Shown here one piece after another: positions 41,701 through 50,400 of a stretch of DNA of 64,000 nucleotides (its first letter is position 1; the number at the start of each line of letters is the position of its first letter). A program made the translations under genes and the position numbers. The DNA is from Microcystaceae cyanobacterium (GTDB lineage: Bacteria > Cyanobacteriota > Cyanobacteriia > Cyanobacteriales > Microcystaceae), in contig JBGTGT010000028.1 in NCBI GenBank assembly GCA_041746575.1, positions 20,523-84,522 of the forward strand, written 5' to 3'. The notes under the pieces are model-generated. The model saw nothing but the letters and a program-made list of their open reading frames with translations. It had not been told where the DNA came from and ran no database searches.

Positions 41701-42279
41701 AGCGATGTTCCTTGTCAGAAGTTATTATGGCATTGCGCCCAAGTATTAGAGTATGAAGCCTTTGAGCAAGCTTGGCATTTACGAGATATTACCCATGAAA
41801 AAGCGATTCAACCTATTTTAGGGGATTTAACTATTTCTGACCCAGATTATTTTGCTAAATTACAACAATCGCTACGGGGAATCTCGAATTTGCCCTTTCC
41901 TCTTCGTTGGGTATTTATTGATAGTGGCGACTTTTTAGAGCGGGATAATCCTGCTATAGATATTTACGATCAAATGTTGGCGCAAAATTGTCCAGAATTC
42001 TCCGATGGAATTCCAGAAAACTTGTCAAAATTAAGAATTTATTGGCAGTTGCTCCAGCGAAACCAGCCAGAAACCGGTTTTATTTTTATCTTTTATGAAA
42101 ATACGCAAGACGGCTCTGCTTTTTGCTTAGCTCCGGCGTTTCTGCAAATATTGAGTAAGTTTCATAGCCGAATTATTATAATTACTGAGCAAAAAATAGA
42201 GGGCTTAACCTGTTTTTCCCCCACAACACCTCAACTAGACCAAAAAATTCTGGAATGGCTGAAAAACGCGTTTTCTTAA
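38713..42279 (+). CDS. NACHT NTPase with HEAT/PBS-lyase repeats and a C-terminal alpha/beta domain
   Basis: Walker A GESGTGKT, Walker B WILLDGWD, VTCR sensor, HPLRLALLC, and many ~34-aa AAESLGKIDPGN-type HEAT repeats. Confidence 0.88.
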   Translation: MEKISNAEKFASQITPAINWRDIGRIMLQKTLPLNPLTTQPDDIKQEDPPFLMALTPAPKSEERWQPSDFFAHISQEENGKPPQRIAIIGESGTGKTLILSHFAQWLLEVTDNIPVWICPSYIEGLSLEQYLFEKWLSQAENYTDVLKNPLFEGLKTLIERGKLWILLDGWDFLRKAKGATPSLSSIATTLQQLQGWGQSVSVMVTCRTSTWQRRESQQAYGGIKGFDRYFSRHFTYPTEVNFFIEQWFPPVSSKGNHEWGAQLSLALAQAGQEPLQASITHPLRLALLCRLWQQHPGYLPDTVTQLYGLLIHEFYEWKAEITRISPQKQDKLHPLLAQLALFALEQPDGILRVDAKPFKVCGKDIEKPLLTLDDQSLSQIQDARTVGWLVRVESTSETDNRWEIYEWNEDCFAAYFAAQGISSASFFVDGTYPRFFAKKWQKVLFFWLGRSDISPESKESLIERLVNFQDQCGLLNVFGQQAFLLAVKSLAYFNKYTKSKPIIDKAIDWAFNPDEKLDFRSEYAKDALFESDRPLVIARLMDYLLRYPTHYAGFAYLEKIAIHNADAIQFLTEQLKKTLEQTLRWQIAETLGKIAPNNVAALTPFVTLLNADHSEDSKQVALNSLAKIGKNAPLALNSMIPLLHSPSLSSLHRRVFQCLEIIGQGHPTAIAALIQLIRTQTDPSLQRQAAESLEKIDPSNPTALAVLSQLLSKEYPEDIRRQAVYSLGEIELGNSSAIHALVKLLEESNDLLTQWVAISSIGKIGRDHREAIQILLKFVQSEQDHLLRKEAIESLSKIDPQNPAIISALVNLIKTTEDEAIRREAAESLGKLDPGNPAAIAALGYLLQSAVDEFTRRQAATSLVRIDPGNLEALTALVQLIKTSQNTDIQGLAAESLGELGANNPAVIATLIRLLQSNPDKHTFRRTAKSLGKIGKGNREVISTLMDLLKTKKSKTENQGNRLQLANSLIHILIPAQIPAIVTTLQAFFADASYLSDVPCQKLLWHCAQVLEYEAFEQAWHLRDITHEKAIQPILGDLTISDPDYFAKLQQSLRGISNLPFPLRWVFIDSGDFLERDNPAIDIYDQMLAQNCPEFSDGIPENLSKLRIYWQLLQRNQPETGFIFIFYENTQDGSAFCLAPAFLQILSKFHSRIIIITEQKIEGLTCFSPTTPQLDQKILEWLKNAFS

Positions 42280-42430
42280 GCCGCAGAAGAGGTAGGGTTG
42301 ACTGAATATAAAGACTCTTGAGAAACCGGCCAAGAATGCTAGATTTAAGTGGATGAATCATGAATCATCTTTTTGATTAAGGAGAAACGCTATAATTAAG
42401 CATTGATCTGTCTTAGCCTAACGAATCTTT

Positions 42431-43897
42431 ATGAGCTACGAAGCCGTTATTGGACTAGAAACCCATTGCCAACTTAACACCGCCAGTAAGATTTTTTGTG
42501 GCTGTTCTACCCAATTTGATAGTCCACCCAATACCAATGTTTGCCCTATTTGTTTAGGCTATCCCGGTGTTTTGCCTGTATTAAACCAAGAAGTCTTAGC
42601 TTCTGCGGTCAAGTTGGGATTAGCTATCAATGGCAAAATTACAGATTATAGTAAATTTGACCGAAAACAATACTTTTATCCCGATCTTCCTAAAAATTAT
42701 CAAATTTCTCAGTTTGATCTCCCCATTGTCGAACACGGAAAACTGGAAATCGAATTGATTGATCAGAAAACGAAAGAAGCGACCTTTAAAACCATCGGAA
42801 TTACCCGTCTACACATGGAAGAAGACGCTGGCAAGCTAGTTCACGCCGGAAGTGACCGTTTAGCGGGTTCTACCTATTCCCTCGTTGATTTTAATCGCAC
42901 AGGTGTTCCTTTACTAGAAATTGTCTCTGAACCAGATCTGCGTAGTGGACAAGAAGCCGCCGAATATGCCCAAGAATTACGCCGTTTAGTGCGATATTTA
43001 GGGATTAGTGACGGAAATATGCAGGAAGGATCTCTGCGTTGTGATGTGAATATCTCTGTTCGCCCTGTTGGACAAAAAGCATTCGGCACAAAGGTCGAAA
43101 TTAAAAATATGAATTCCTTCAGTGCCATTCAAAAAGCGATTGAATATGAAATTGAACGGCAAATTGAAGCCATAGAAGAAGGGGGAAAAATCGCCCAAGA
43201 AACCCGTCTTTGGGATGAAAGTAAACAAATTACCGTCAGTATGCGGAGTAAAGAAGGTTCGAGTGACTATCGTTACTTTCCCGAACCCGATCTTCCCCCC
43301 ATTGAAGTTTCCGAAAAACAGTTAAATGAATGGAAAACTCAATCAACTGAACTTCCTGCAGCTAAACGCCATCGTTACATCGACAAGCTAGGTCTATCGG
43401 CTTATGACGCTAGGGTACTCACAGATGATCGAGAAGTTGCGGAATATTTTGAAGCGGCGATCGCAGAAGGGGTTAATCCTAAATTAGTGGCTAATTGGGT
43501 AACCCAAGATATTGCTGCCTATTTGAATAATCATCCCGATTTAGCGATTACCACTTTGCCCCTAAAAGCCCCCCAATTAGGGGAATTAGTTAACCTTATT
43601 GATAATAAGACAATTAGCGGGAAGATTGCCAAGGAAATTCTGCCAGAATTACTTGAAAAAGGCGGATCTCCTCAAAAATTGGTGAAAGAAAAAGGAATGA
43701 CCCAACTCTCAGATGTAGGAGAACTAGAAAAAATCATTAAAGCAATAATCGCTGCCAATCCCAGTGAGGTGGAGAAATACAAGGGGGGTAAAATCAACTT
43801 AAAAGGCTTTTTTGTGGGTCAAACCATGAAAAAAACGGGAGGACGAGCCGATCCGAAATTAACTAACCAACTGGTAGAAAAACTTTTAAATCAGTAG
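42431..43897 (+). CDS. gatB: Asp/Glu-tRNA amidotransferase subunit B
   Basis: VIGLETH, FDRKQYFYPDLPK, HMEEDAGK and DYRYFPEPDL. Confidence 0.98.
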   Translation: MSYEAVIGLETHCQLNTASKIFCGCSTQFDSPPNTNVCPICLGYPGVLPVLNQEVLASAVKLGLAINGKITDYSKFDRKQYFYPDLPKNYQISQFDLPIVEHGKLEIELIDQKTKEATFKTIGITRLHMEEDAGKLVHAGSDRLAGSTYSLVDFNRTGVPLLEIVSEPDLRSGQEAAEYAQELRRLVRYLGISDGNMQEGSLRCDVNISVRPVGQKAFGTKVEIKNMNSFSAIQKAIEYEIERQIEAIEEGGKIAQETRLWDESKQITVSMRSKEGSSDYRYFPEPDLPPIEVSEKQLNEWKTQSTELPAAKRHRYIDKLGLSAYDARVLTDDREVAEYFEAAIAEGVNPKLVANWVTQDIAAYLNNHPDLAITTLPLKAPQLGELVNLIDNKTISGKIAKEILPELLEKGGSPQKLVKEKGMTQLSDVGELEKIIKAIIAANPSEVEKYKGGKINLKGFFVGQTMKKTGGRADPKLTNQLVEKLLNQ

Positions 43898-43905
43898 CCA
43901 AATCT

Positions 43906-43929
43906 GTAGGGGCAAACGGCTTTCGCCCC
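43906..43929 (+). repeat. GTAG-type REP-like palindrome
   Basis: GTAGGGGCAAACGGCTTTCGCCCC: GTAG foot plus imperfect GGGGC..GCCCC hairpin. Confidence 0.6.
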
Positions 43930-43959
43930 ATGCATAACCCGTGAACGGTAATTCCAACA

Positions 43960-44646
43960 ATGTATTTATTAATTCCTGCCGCAGGGATGGGAAAACGAAT
44001 GGGAAGTCAGCAAAATAAGCTGTTACTCACCCTTTTCGAGAAACCCCTTCTCTCTTGGACACTCTTAGCCGCCGAAGCATCCCCCAAAATCCAATGGCTG
44101 GGTATTATGGGACAAACCTATGATTTCCCTGCTTTTGAAACCATTCTAAGGGATTTAAACTTAAAAAAGCCTATACACCTTATTCAAGGAGGGGAAACTC
44201 GTCAAGCGTCTGTTTATAATGGCTTACAGGCTTTACCCCCTGAGGCAAAACAAGTCTTGATTCATGATGGAGCGCGGTGTCTAGTGACGCCTCAACTATT
44301 GGATCGATGTACAGAAGCGTTGGAGGATTGTTTAGGCTTTATTGCCGCGGTTCCCGTCAAAGATACGATTAAGGTGGTAGATTCGACAGGATTAGTCCAA
44401 GATACCCCTGATAGGCGCAATTTATGGGCGGCACAAACCCCTCAAGGGTTTGATGTAGCGTGTTTAAAAGACTGTCACGCAAGGGGACGAAAATACGGTT
44501 GGGAAGTGACAGATGATGCTGCCTTATTAGAAAAATGTGAGATTCCCGTCAAAATTGTAGAGGGGGAAGAAACGAATTTGAAAATTACGACCCCAGTGGA
44601 TTTAGCGATCGCAGAATTTATTCTCAAACAACGCTTTAAATGTTAA
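43960..44646 (+). CDS. ispD: 2-C-methyl-D-erythritol 4-phosphate cytidylyltransferase
   Basis: IPAAGMGKRM, GGETRQASV, VLIHDGARC, AQTPQGF and NLKITTPVD. Confidence 0.96.
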   Translation: MYLLIPAAGMGKRMGSQQNKLLLTLFEKPLLSWTLLAAEASPKIQWLGIMGQTYDFPAFETILRDLNLKKPIHLIQGGETRQASVYNGLQALPPEAKQVLIHDGARCLVTPQLLDRCTEALEDCLGFIAAVPVKDTIKVVDSTGLVQDTPDRRNLWAAQTPQGFDVACLKDCHARGRKYGWEVTDDAALLEKCEIPVKIVEGEETNLKITTPVDLAIAEFILKQRFKC

Positions 44647-44649
44647 GTA

Positions 44650-44833
44650 AGGTTAGCCTTTTCCTAAAACAATAACAGCCGTCAGTGCCTGACTCCTCAG
44701 TGATTTCCTCCGATTTTTTGAGCCTGACTAGAGCCGTTCTGAATATTATTATTATTCAGTAACCTTTCTCCCATGAGCTACTAAAAGAGGGAATTTGAGC
44801 ATCTCGGATGACTGCTGTTATTGAGCGTTAACG
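44650..44833 (-). ncRNA. ssrS: 6S RNA (SsrS/SsaA); ends approximate
   Basis: Long closing stem CAATAACAGCAGTCA...TGACGGCTGTTATTG (44670-44823) and apical hairpin CTGAATAAT..ATATTCAG. The segments GTCATCCGAGATGCT, CTCTTTTAGTAGC and AACGGCTCTAGT resemble cyanobacterial 6S RNAs as I recall them. Confidence 0.82.
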
Positions 44834-45006
44834 AGACAGATGTGAACTTAAACAGGTGTTACTCCTTTGTTGTTTATGTTTAACCTTACCAGTTATCTGT
44901 CAGGGAAGCTTTAATTGCTTCAATTATTAATATAGCATTCCTTGCTGGTTGGACGACATAATTTTAATCAAAGTTTACAAAGTAAAATATCAAATTTTGG
45001 GTATTT

Positions 45007-45912
45007 TCACGAGGTACGAATTGTTAAGAAGTTCAACGATAATGTGATCCAAAAGATAAATTGCGATAGGAGTAACAAAAGAATAAAAACTACTTTAGGA
45101 CGAAAAGTGGCTAGCATTAAGCTGATCCCCTTGATATCTATCACTGCACTGAATAAGAGGAAAGCCAGAATTGATCCTTGCATCAATTGATCGGAAAAAG
45201 GATAAATTAAGGAAGTTCCTAAGTACGATCCGACGGATGACCAAAAACTTAAAGCAAAGAGACTAATGGGTTGTAATTCGGGGGACTTTGCCCAGTCGAT
45301 GAAAGCGGATGGAGCAAGATAAAATTGAAGGATGGCAGCGATCGCACAACCCCAAACGAGAATTGATCCTAATTCAATCAGTTCTTTGCCACTATTGCTA
45401 AACCATACCTTTATTTTGTCTTTTAGGGCAAGATTAACCGATGTCAACCGACTGCCACTGTTGAGCAGAGAGGAAGATTTAACCACAGAGGATGAGGGGG
45501 GATAAAGACTAAAAATTAATCCAATGATGATACCGCCAATCCAAGCGATGACAACCCTTAAAATTAATAAAAGGGGTTGATGAGGAAATAATGATTGGGT
45601 TAACCCTAATACCCACGGGTTAAGCGTCGGCGAAGATACCCAAAAGCTCATCGCCATCGGTAGGGAAACCCCTTGTAATAATAGGCGTCGGGTGAAGGGA
45701 ATATTACCATATTGACCAACGGGGATAATTAAGCCTAAACTGCTGCCGATAATTGCGTTTAATAAGGGATTATGCGGTAATTTGTTCCGTAGTAGGGAGG
45801 CGTTATCCCAGATTAAGAGGGTACTAGAGAAAGCGATTCCTAGTAGTAAAAACGGCAGAGCGGTGATAACCAGAGTGAGAAACAGGCTAAAAATAAGGCT
45901 AAATTCGGTCAT
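45007..45912 (-). CDS. Predicted permease (DUF318/ArsP-like)
   Basis: Multiple TM helices; ALPFLLLG, PVGQYGNIP..RRL, SPTLNP and IDIK motifs. ATG at 45912 preferred as start. Confidence 0.75.
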   Translation of the reverse strand: MTEFSLIFSLFLTLVITALPFLLLGIAFSSTLLIWDNASLLRNKLPHNPLLNAIIGSSLGLIIPVGQYGNIPFTRRLLLQGVSLPMAMSFWVSSPTLNPWVLGLTQSLFPHQPLLLILRVVIAWIGGIIIGLIFSLYPPSSSVVKSSSLLNSGSRLTSVNLALKDKIKVWFSNSGKELIELGSILVWGCAIAAILQFYLAPSAFIDWAKSPELQPISLFALSFWSSVGSYLGTSLIYPFSDQLMQGSILAFLLFSAVIDIKGISLMLATFRPKVVFILLLLLSQFIFWITLSLNFLTIRTS

Positions 45913-46066
45913 AGGTGGAATTAAGGGAATTTCCCTCATCTTTGAGTAATCATGCGTCTCAATAATAGTAAACCCGTTATGCCGGTGAAGCAACAACGGG
46001 TTAAATTAGTGGAGATTTTGGATTAGCTCTTTTAAATTATTTTGCCGAAAATTTAGCTTACTGGTG

Positions 46067-46927
46067 CTAAGTATCAAGATTTTCGGCGGAAAGCAAGACT
46101 TTTTGCATACGGGGATGCGATCGCACTCGATAAAACTCAGGACGGGTATTGATTGCTTCGCTGTAGGTTTTGGGGTAATCTTGAACAAGCAGGGTCAAAT
46201 TGTCAATAGCGGCCTCATCTCTACCGAGGATTGCTAGACACACGGACTGATGAAATAAAGCATACTCGTCATCGGGTTCAATTGCTAATACTTGCTGATA
46301 ATGATGGATAGCCTCTTCAAAACAGTTTAATTGTTGTAAAATTTCTCCTTGACGGTATAATGCCCAGTAATCGTGGGGTTTAATCGCTAATGCTTGACTG
46401 TAGCGGCTCAAGGCTTCTTCTAAATTTCCCCAACTGGCAAATACATCCCCTTGACGGTATAAAGACCAGTAATCGTTAGGGCGAATGAATAAGGATTCAG
46501 TATAACACGCTAGGGCATTATCATTATCGCCGAGTAAGCGAAAAGCTTCTCCTTTGCGATAGGTTGCCCAATAATCTTGGGGATAAACGGCCAAAGCATG
46601 GTTAAAACAGTTAATGGCGGTGGGATAGTCCTTTAGTTCTTCTAAAGCGATACATCCTTGATCGTACCAAGCCCAGTAATTATTAGGATTCATCGTTGAT
46701 GCTTTTTCGTAGCTGTCTGATGCTTCTTCGTAACGTTCTAATTGTTCTAGTGTCATACCCCGTTTGTACCAAGCCCAATAATCTTCTGGATAATATTCTA
46801 AAGCTTTTTCGTAGCTAAATAAAGCTTCTTCGAGATGTCCTTGTAGGCGTAATTGGTTACCTTGTTGATACCAGCTTTGATAATTGTCTGGTCGACATTC
46901 TAAGGGTTTGAAGATGGAAGTTGTCAT
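46067..46927 (-). CDS. Tetratricopeptide repeat protein
   Basis: About seven 34-aa TPRs (P.DYWAWY..G..L..L..YEEA..SY..AL). Confidence 0.9.
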   Translation of the reverse strand: MTTSIFKPLECRPDNYQSWYQQGNQLRLQGHLEEALFSYEKALEYYPEDYWAWYKRGMTLEQLERYEEASDSYEKASTMNPNNYWAWYDQGCIALEELKDYPTAINCFNHALAVYPQDYWATYRKGEAFRLLGDNDNALACYTESLFIRPNDYWSLYRQGDVFASWGNLEEALSRYSQALAIKPHDYWALYRQGEILQQLNCFEEAIHHYQQVLAIEPDDEYALFHQSVCLAILGRDEAAIDNLTLLVQDYPKTYSEAINTRPEFYRVRSHPRMQKVLLSAENLDT

Positions 46928-47045
46928 AGTAGGTCTATACGGTTTTGAACGATGGCGTTGAAACAGAAGGAATTTTGTTATCCTTTTTTCATAAGAATGC
47001 AAAAGATGCAATTCATTATTTACAATTGACTGAGCTATTTTACTA

Positions 47046-48266
47046 ATGTTGCCCTCTGAATTATTAATTTATCGTTATCAAGGAACAACTTTAATTCCTA
47101 AGCGTTTACCTCTCGATCATAGCTCAATTGCGCTGGCCAATGAACAAATTGTTTGTTTTGAAAGGTTAGCTGGGAAAACACAAAGAGAATTAGACGAAAA
47201 ATTGCTAGAGTTAGAAGGGGATAGTCCTAATTATCGCACCAAACGAGGATTGGCTCATTTACTCAAAAACAGCTTTTCAACTTTTGAAGTTATGAGTCCC
47301 TTAGAACCTCAAAAGTTACGGGAAAAAGTCTTTTATCAAGCTTCCCAGATGCAACCGATACCCTCTCGTCGAATGTTTGTTTTAGATCAAGTAGCCAGCC
47401 AACTGAGTGGCGAATTAAAGCGGGAAGTATTAGTGGGGGAAATTGAACAAGGATTGTATGCGGATTTACCTGAAAATCGGATTTTAACTCAATTTGATTC
47501 TCCCATACCCAATGCGTTAATTCATCGATATAATTTATCTCAAGTTCAAGGCATTTTTTATCGCGCCAGTCAGATTTCTTTACAGGCACATCGTAATGAT
47601 CCGGGAGAATATAAATTACTTTTTCGTTATCTAAAATTCTTTCAATTAATGGCTTATATCGAAGGCGATGCAGATACGGGTTTTACCATTACAATAGATG
47701 GACCAACCAGTTTATTTAAAGCCAGTACTCGTTATGGCTTGGCATTAGCAAAGTTAATTCCGGCGTTACTTCACGTCACGAAATGGAGTTTAAAAGCACA
47801 ATTACAAACGAAAGATGCTTATACGGGAACGGTGAAAAAGGGGTATTTTGAATTAGATGATCGCTGTGGATTAATTACCCATTATCCTCCCAGTAAAACC
47901 TACGATAGTATGATTGAGGAATCCTTTGCCAAAAGTTGGGCAAAAGCGAATACAGATTGGCAATTAGAAAGGGAAGTAAATTTGATTCCTTTACCCGGTA
48001 GTGTTATGATTCCTGACTTTCGTTTAGTCCATCCTGATGGACAAGACTTTTTATTAGAAATTGTTGGATTTTGGCGACCCGAATATTTACAAAAGAAATT
48101 TTATCAAGTGCGGACGGCTGATGTTGACAATCTCATTTTAGCCATTTCCGAACGGTTAAATTTAGAGAAAGCAGGGGTCAAGTTTAGCGATGTTCCCGCT
48201 AGGGTAATTTGGTTTAAAGACAAGTTAAGACCTCAACAAGTTTTAAGGTTATTGGAGGATTTGTAG
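47046..48266 (+). CDS. DUF790 family predicted endonuclease (Bax1-like)
   Basis: MLPSELL, LYADL.EN, DGPTSLF..TRYG and PD-(D/E)XK-like MIPDF...LEIVGFWRPEYL. Confidence 0.88.
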   Translation: MLPSELLIYRYQGTTLIPKRLPLDHSSIALANEQIVCFERLAGKTQRELDEKLLELEGDSPNYRTKRGLAHLLKNSFSTFEVMSPLEPQKLREKVFYQASQMQPIPSRRMFVLDQVASQLSGELKREVLVGEIEQGLYADLPENRILTQFDSPIPNALIHRYNLSQVQGIFYRASQISLQAHRNDPGEYKLLFRYLKFFQLMAYIEGDADTGFTITIDGPTSLFKASTRYGLALAKLIPALLHVTKWSLKAQLQTKDAYTGTVKKGYFELDDRCGLITHYPPSKTYDSMIEESFAKSWAKANTDWQLEREVNLIPLPGSVMIPDFRLVHPDGQDFLLEIVGFWRPEYLQKKFYQVRTADVDNLILAISERLNLEKAGVKFSDVPARVIWFKDKLRPQQVLRLLEDL

Positions 48267-48345
48267 AAGAAGTAAGAATAAGAAATCGATTAATTATTGA
48301 GCTTTTAAATTCTTTATTTTTATTTTTTCCTAATTTAATGATTAA

Positions 48346-49110
48346 TTATTCGCCTAAATAAGCTTCTAAGACAATAGGATTTTTTTGAATTTCTACAGGT
48401 GTTCCATCTGCTAAATTAGTGCCTTCTGCTAATACCCAAACATGATTACACAGCGACATAATCACGTCCATGTTATGTTCAATAACCAGAAAAGTAATCC
48501 CTTGCTGATTCCAGTTAATAATATGTTCACAAATTTGACCGATTAAAGTCGGGTTGACCCCGGCGGCAGGTTCATCGAGTAAAATCAATTTAGGATGAGT
48601 CATTAAGGTTCGAGCCATTTCTAACAATTTACGTTGTCCGCCTGATAATGCCCCTGCATAATCATAAGCTTTTGCCCCTAGTCCAACCGAGTCTAAAATT
48701 TCCATTGCTTTTTCTTTGTTTTGTCTTTCTTCTTGACGAATTTTCCCCTGTTTAAACCACAGTTTAAAAAAGTTTTCTCCTGTTTGTTGAGAGGTAGCAA
48801 GTAGCATATTTTCCAGAACTGTTAAACGAGACAATACCCTTGCTACCTGAAAGGTACGAATACATCCTTTAAGGGCAATTTCATTGGTTTTTAAATGATG
48901 AATTGCCTGACCTTCAAAAATCACTTTGCCGTGATCAGGGGGTAAGAAATTAGAGAGTAAATTAAAAAGAGTCGTTTTCCCTGCACCATTAGGTCCAATT
49001 AACCCCGTAATACTGCCTTTTTTGACATCAATATTAGCATTATTAACGGCTTTTAAACCACCAAAACTTTTAGAAAGGCCTTGCGCTGAGAGTAAAATTT
49101 GATTGTCCAT
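48346..49110 (-). CDS. natA: Neutral/branched-chain amino acid ABC transporter ATP-binding protein (LivG-like)
   Basis: GPNGAGKT, LSGGQRK, LLDEPAAG, IEHNM and EAYLG. Confidence 0.85.
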   Translation of the reverse strand: MDNQILLSAQGLSKSFGGLKAVNNANIDVKKGSITGLIGPNGAGKTTLFNLLSNFLPPDHGKVIFEGQAIHHLKTNEIALKGCIRTFQVARVLSRLTVLENMLLATSQQTGENFFKLWFKQGKIRQEERQNKEKAMEILDSVGLGAKAYDYAGALSGGQRKLLEMARTLMTHPKLILLDEPAAGVNPTLIGQICEHIINWNQQGITFLVIEHNMDVIMSLCNHVWVLAEGTNLADGTPVEIQKNPIVLEAYLGE

Positions 49111-49125
49111 GCCTTAAAATATTCC

Positions 49126-50265
49126 TTATTTATTATTCAGGGTTAGCTCTTCTTTTTTACCTAAAATGCCTTGAGGACGCCAGATCATGAGAATCATTAA
49201 AATGAGTCCAATGGTCATAATTCTTAATGCTCCCAATTGACTATTATCCGTTAATCCTAATTGGGGTAAAGCAAAACGCGTTAAAGCATCATACGCCCAG
49301 AAAATTAACGCACCTAAGAGGGTTCCTGCATTATTACCTGCTCCTCCTAAAACCATAATAATCCACGCATTAAAGGTTAAAATAGGTTCAAAATTTGTCG
49401 GATAAATGGTGGTGACTTGCCATGCAAAAAATGCGCCAGCAATGCCCGCAATAGCTCCCCCTAACATAAAAGATTGGAGCTTGTATAAAAAGACATTTTT
49501 TCCGAGTGTCCTCGGTATTTCTTCATCCTCTCGAATCGCTTTCAAAATGCGTCCCCACGGGGAATGAATCAAGAAGTCCAACGCGGTGTAAAAGAGCGTT
49601 AAAACAACCAAAGTTAACACCATTAAACCCGCTTTATAGGAGTAGTTATAGAGAGCAATCGTTCCAGTGATATAAATCGTCAAAAGAATTAAACTAGCGA
49701 TGATTCCCCAAATCAGAATTGCGCTTTGTTTGCGGGGTTGATAGCTTTTTCCTTGAATTTCTGTTCCTTCTCGCCATTGACGGGTTAAACTGCGCCACAG
49801 TTGCCATCCCGTATAAATCGCCATTAAGGTTAAAATACCAATTAAACCGTACTTTTGTAGCAAATTAGGTTTAAAATCGAGGGGAAGAGGATATCCTTGC
49901 ACGCCGAACGCGCCACGAGTTAACCATTCTTCATTTAACGCTACTAAGCGAATGAGTTCGGATACGCCAATAGTGACAATAGCAAGATAGTCTTCCCTTA
50001 AGCGTAAGGTAGAAAATCCAATGATTAAACCTAAGAAAGCGGCTATTATTGCGCCAATAAGCACTGATAGCACTACGGGAACCCCTTTTAAGGTTAAAAT
50101 TGCCGTTGTGTAAGCTCCGATGGTCATAAATGCAACATGGCCAAAGTTAATTAGCCCTGTAAATCCCCATTGTAAATTTAACCCTAAACTGAATAAAGCG
50201 TATATTCCCGCCGAAGTGACGAGATAGACAATGTAACCACTGATCGCTGTAACGTCTATAGCCAT
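49126..50265 (-). CDS. natC: Neutral/branched-chain amino acid ABC transporter permease (LivM-like)
   Basis: GLNLQWGFTGLINFGH, LRLREDYLAIVT and GRILKAIREDE. Confidence 0.85.
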   Translation of the reverse strand: MAIDVTAISGYIVYLVTSAGIYALFSLGLNLQWGFTGLINFGHVAFMTIGAYTTAILTLKGVPVVLSVLIGAIIAAFLGLIIGFSTLRLREDYLAIVTIGVSELIRLVALNEEWLTRGAFGVQGYPLPLDFKPNLLQKYGLIGILTLMAIYTGWQLWRSLTRQWREGTEIQGKSYQPRKQSAILIWGIIASLILLTIYITGTIALYNYSYKAGLMVLTLVVLTLFYTALDFLIHSPWGRILKAIREDEEIPRTLGKNVFLYKLQSFMLGGAIAGIAGAFFAWQVTTIYPTNFEPILTFNAWIIMVLGGAGNNAGTLLGALIFWAYDALTRFALPQLGLTDNSQLGALRIMTIGLILMILMIWRPQGILGKKEELTLNNK

Positions 50266-50400
50266 TTAACCTTTAAATTGAAGCAGAAGAATGGTTAGGA
50301 TTGTACCCTATGACTTAACATAAGTTAAGAAAGTTGTCATCTTTTAGGTCAGTTTAGGGAAAAATAAAAATGAAACCTAATTCTTCTCTAGCTTTTAAAT

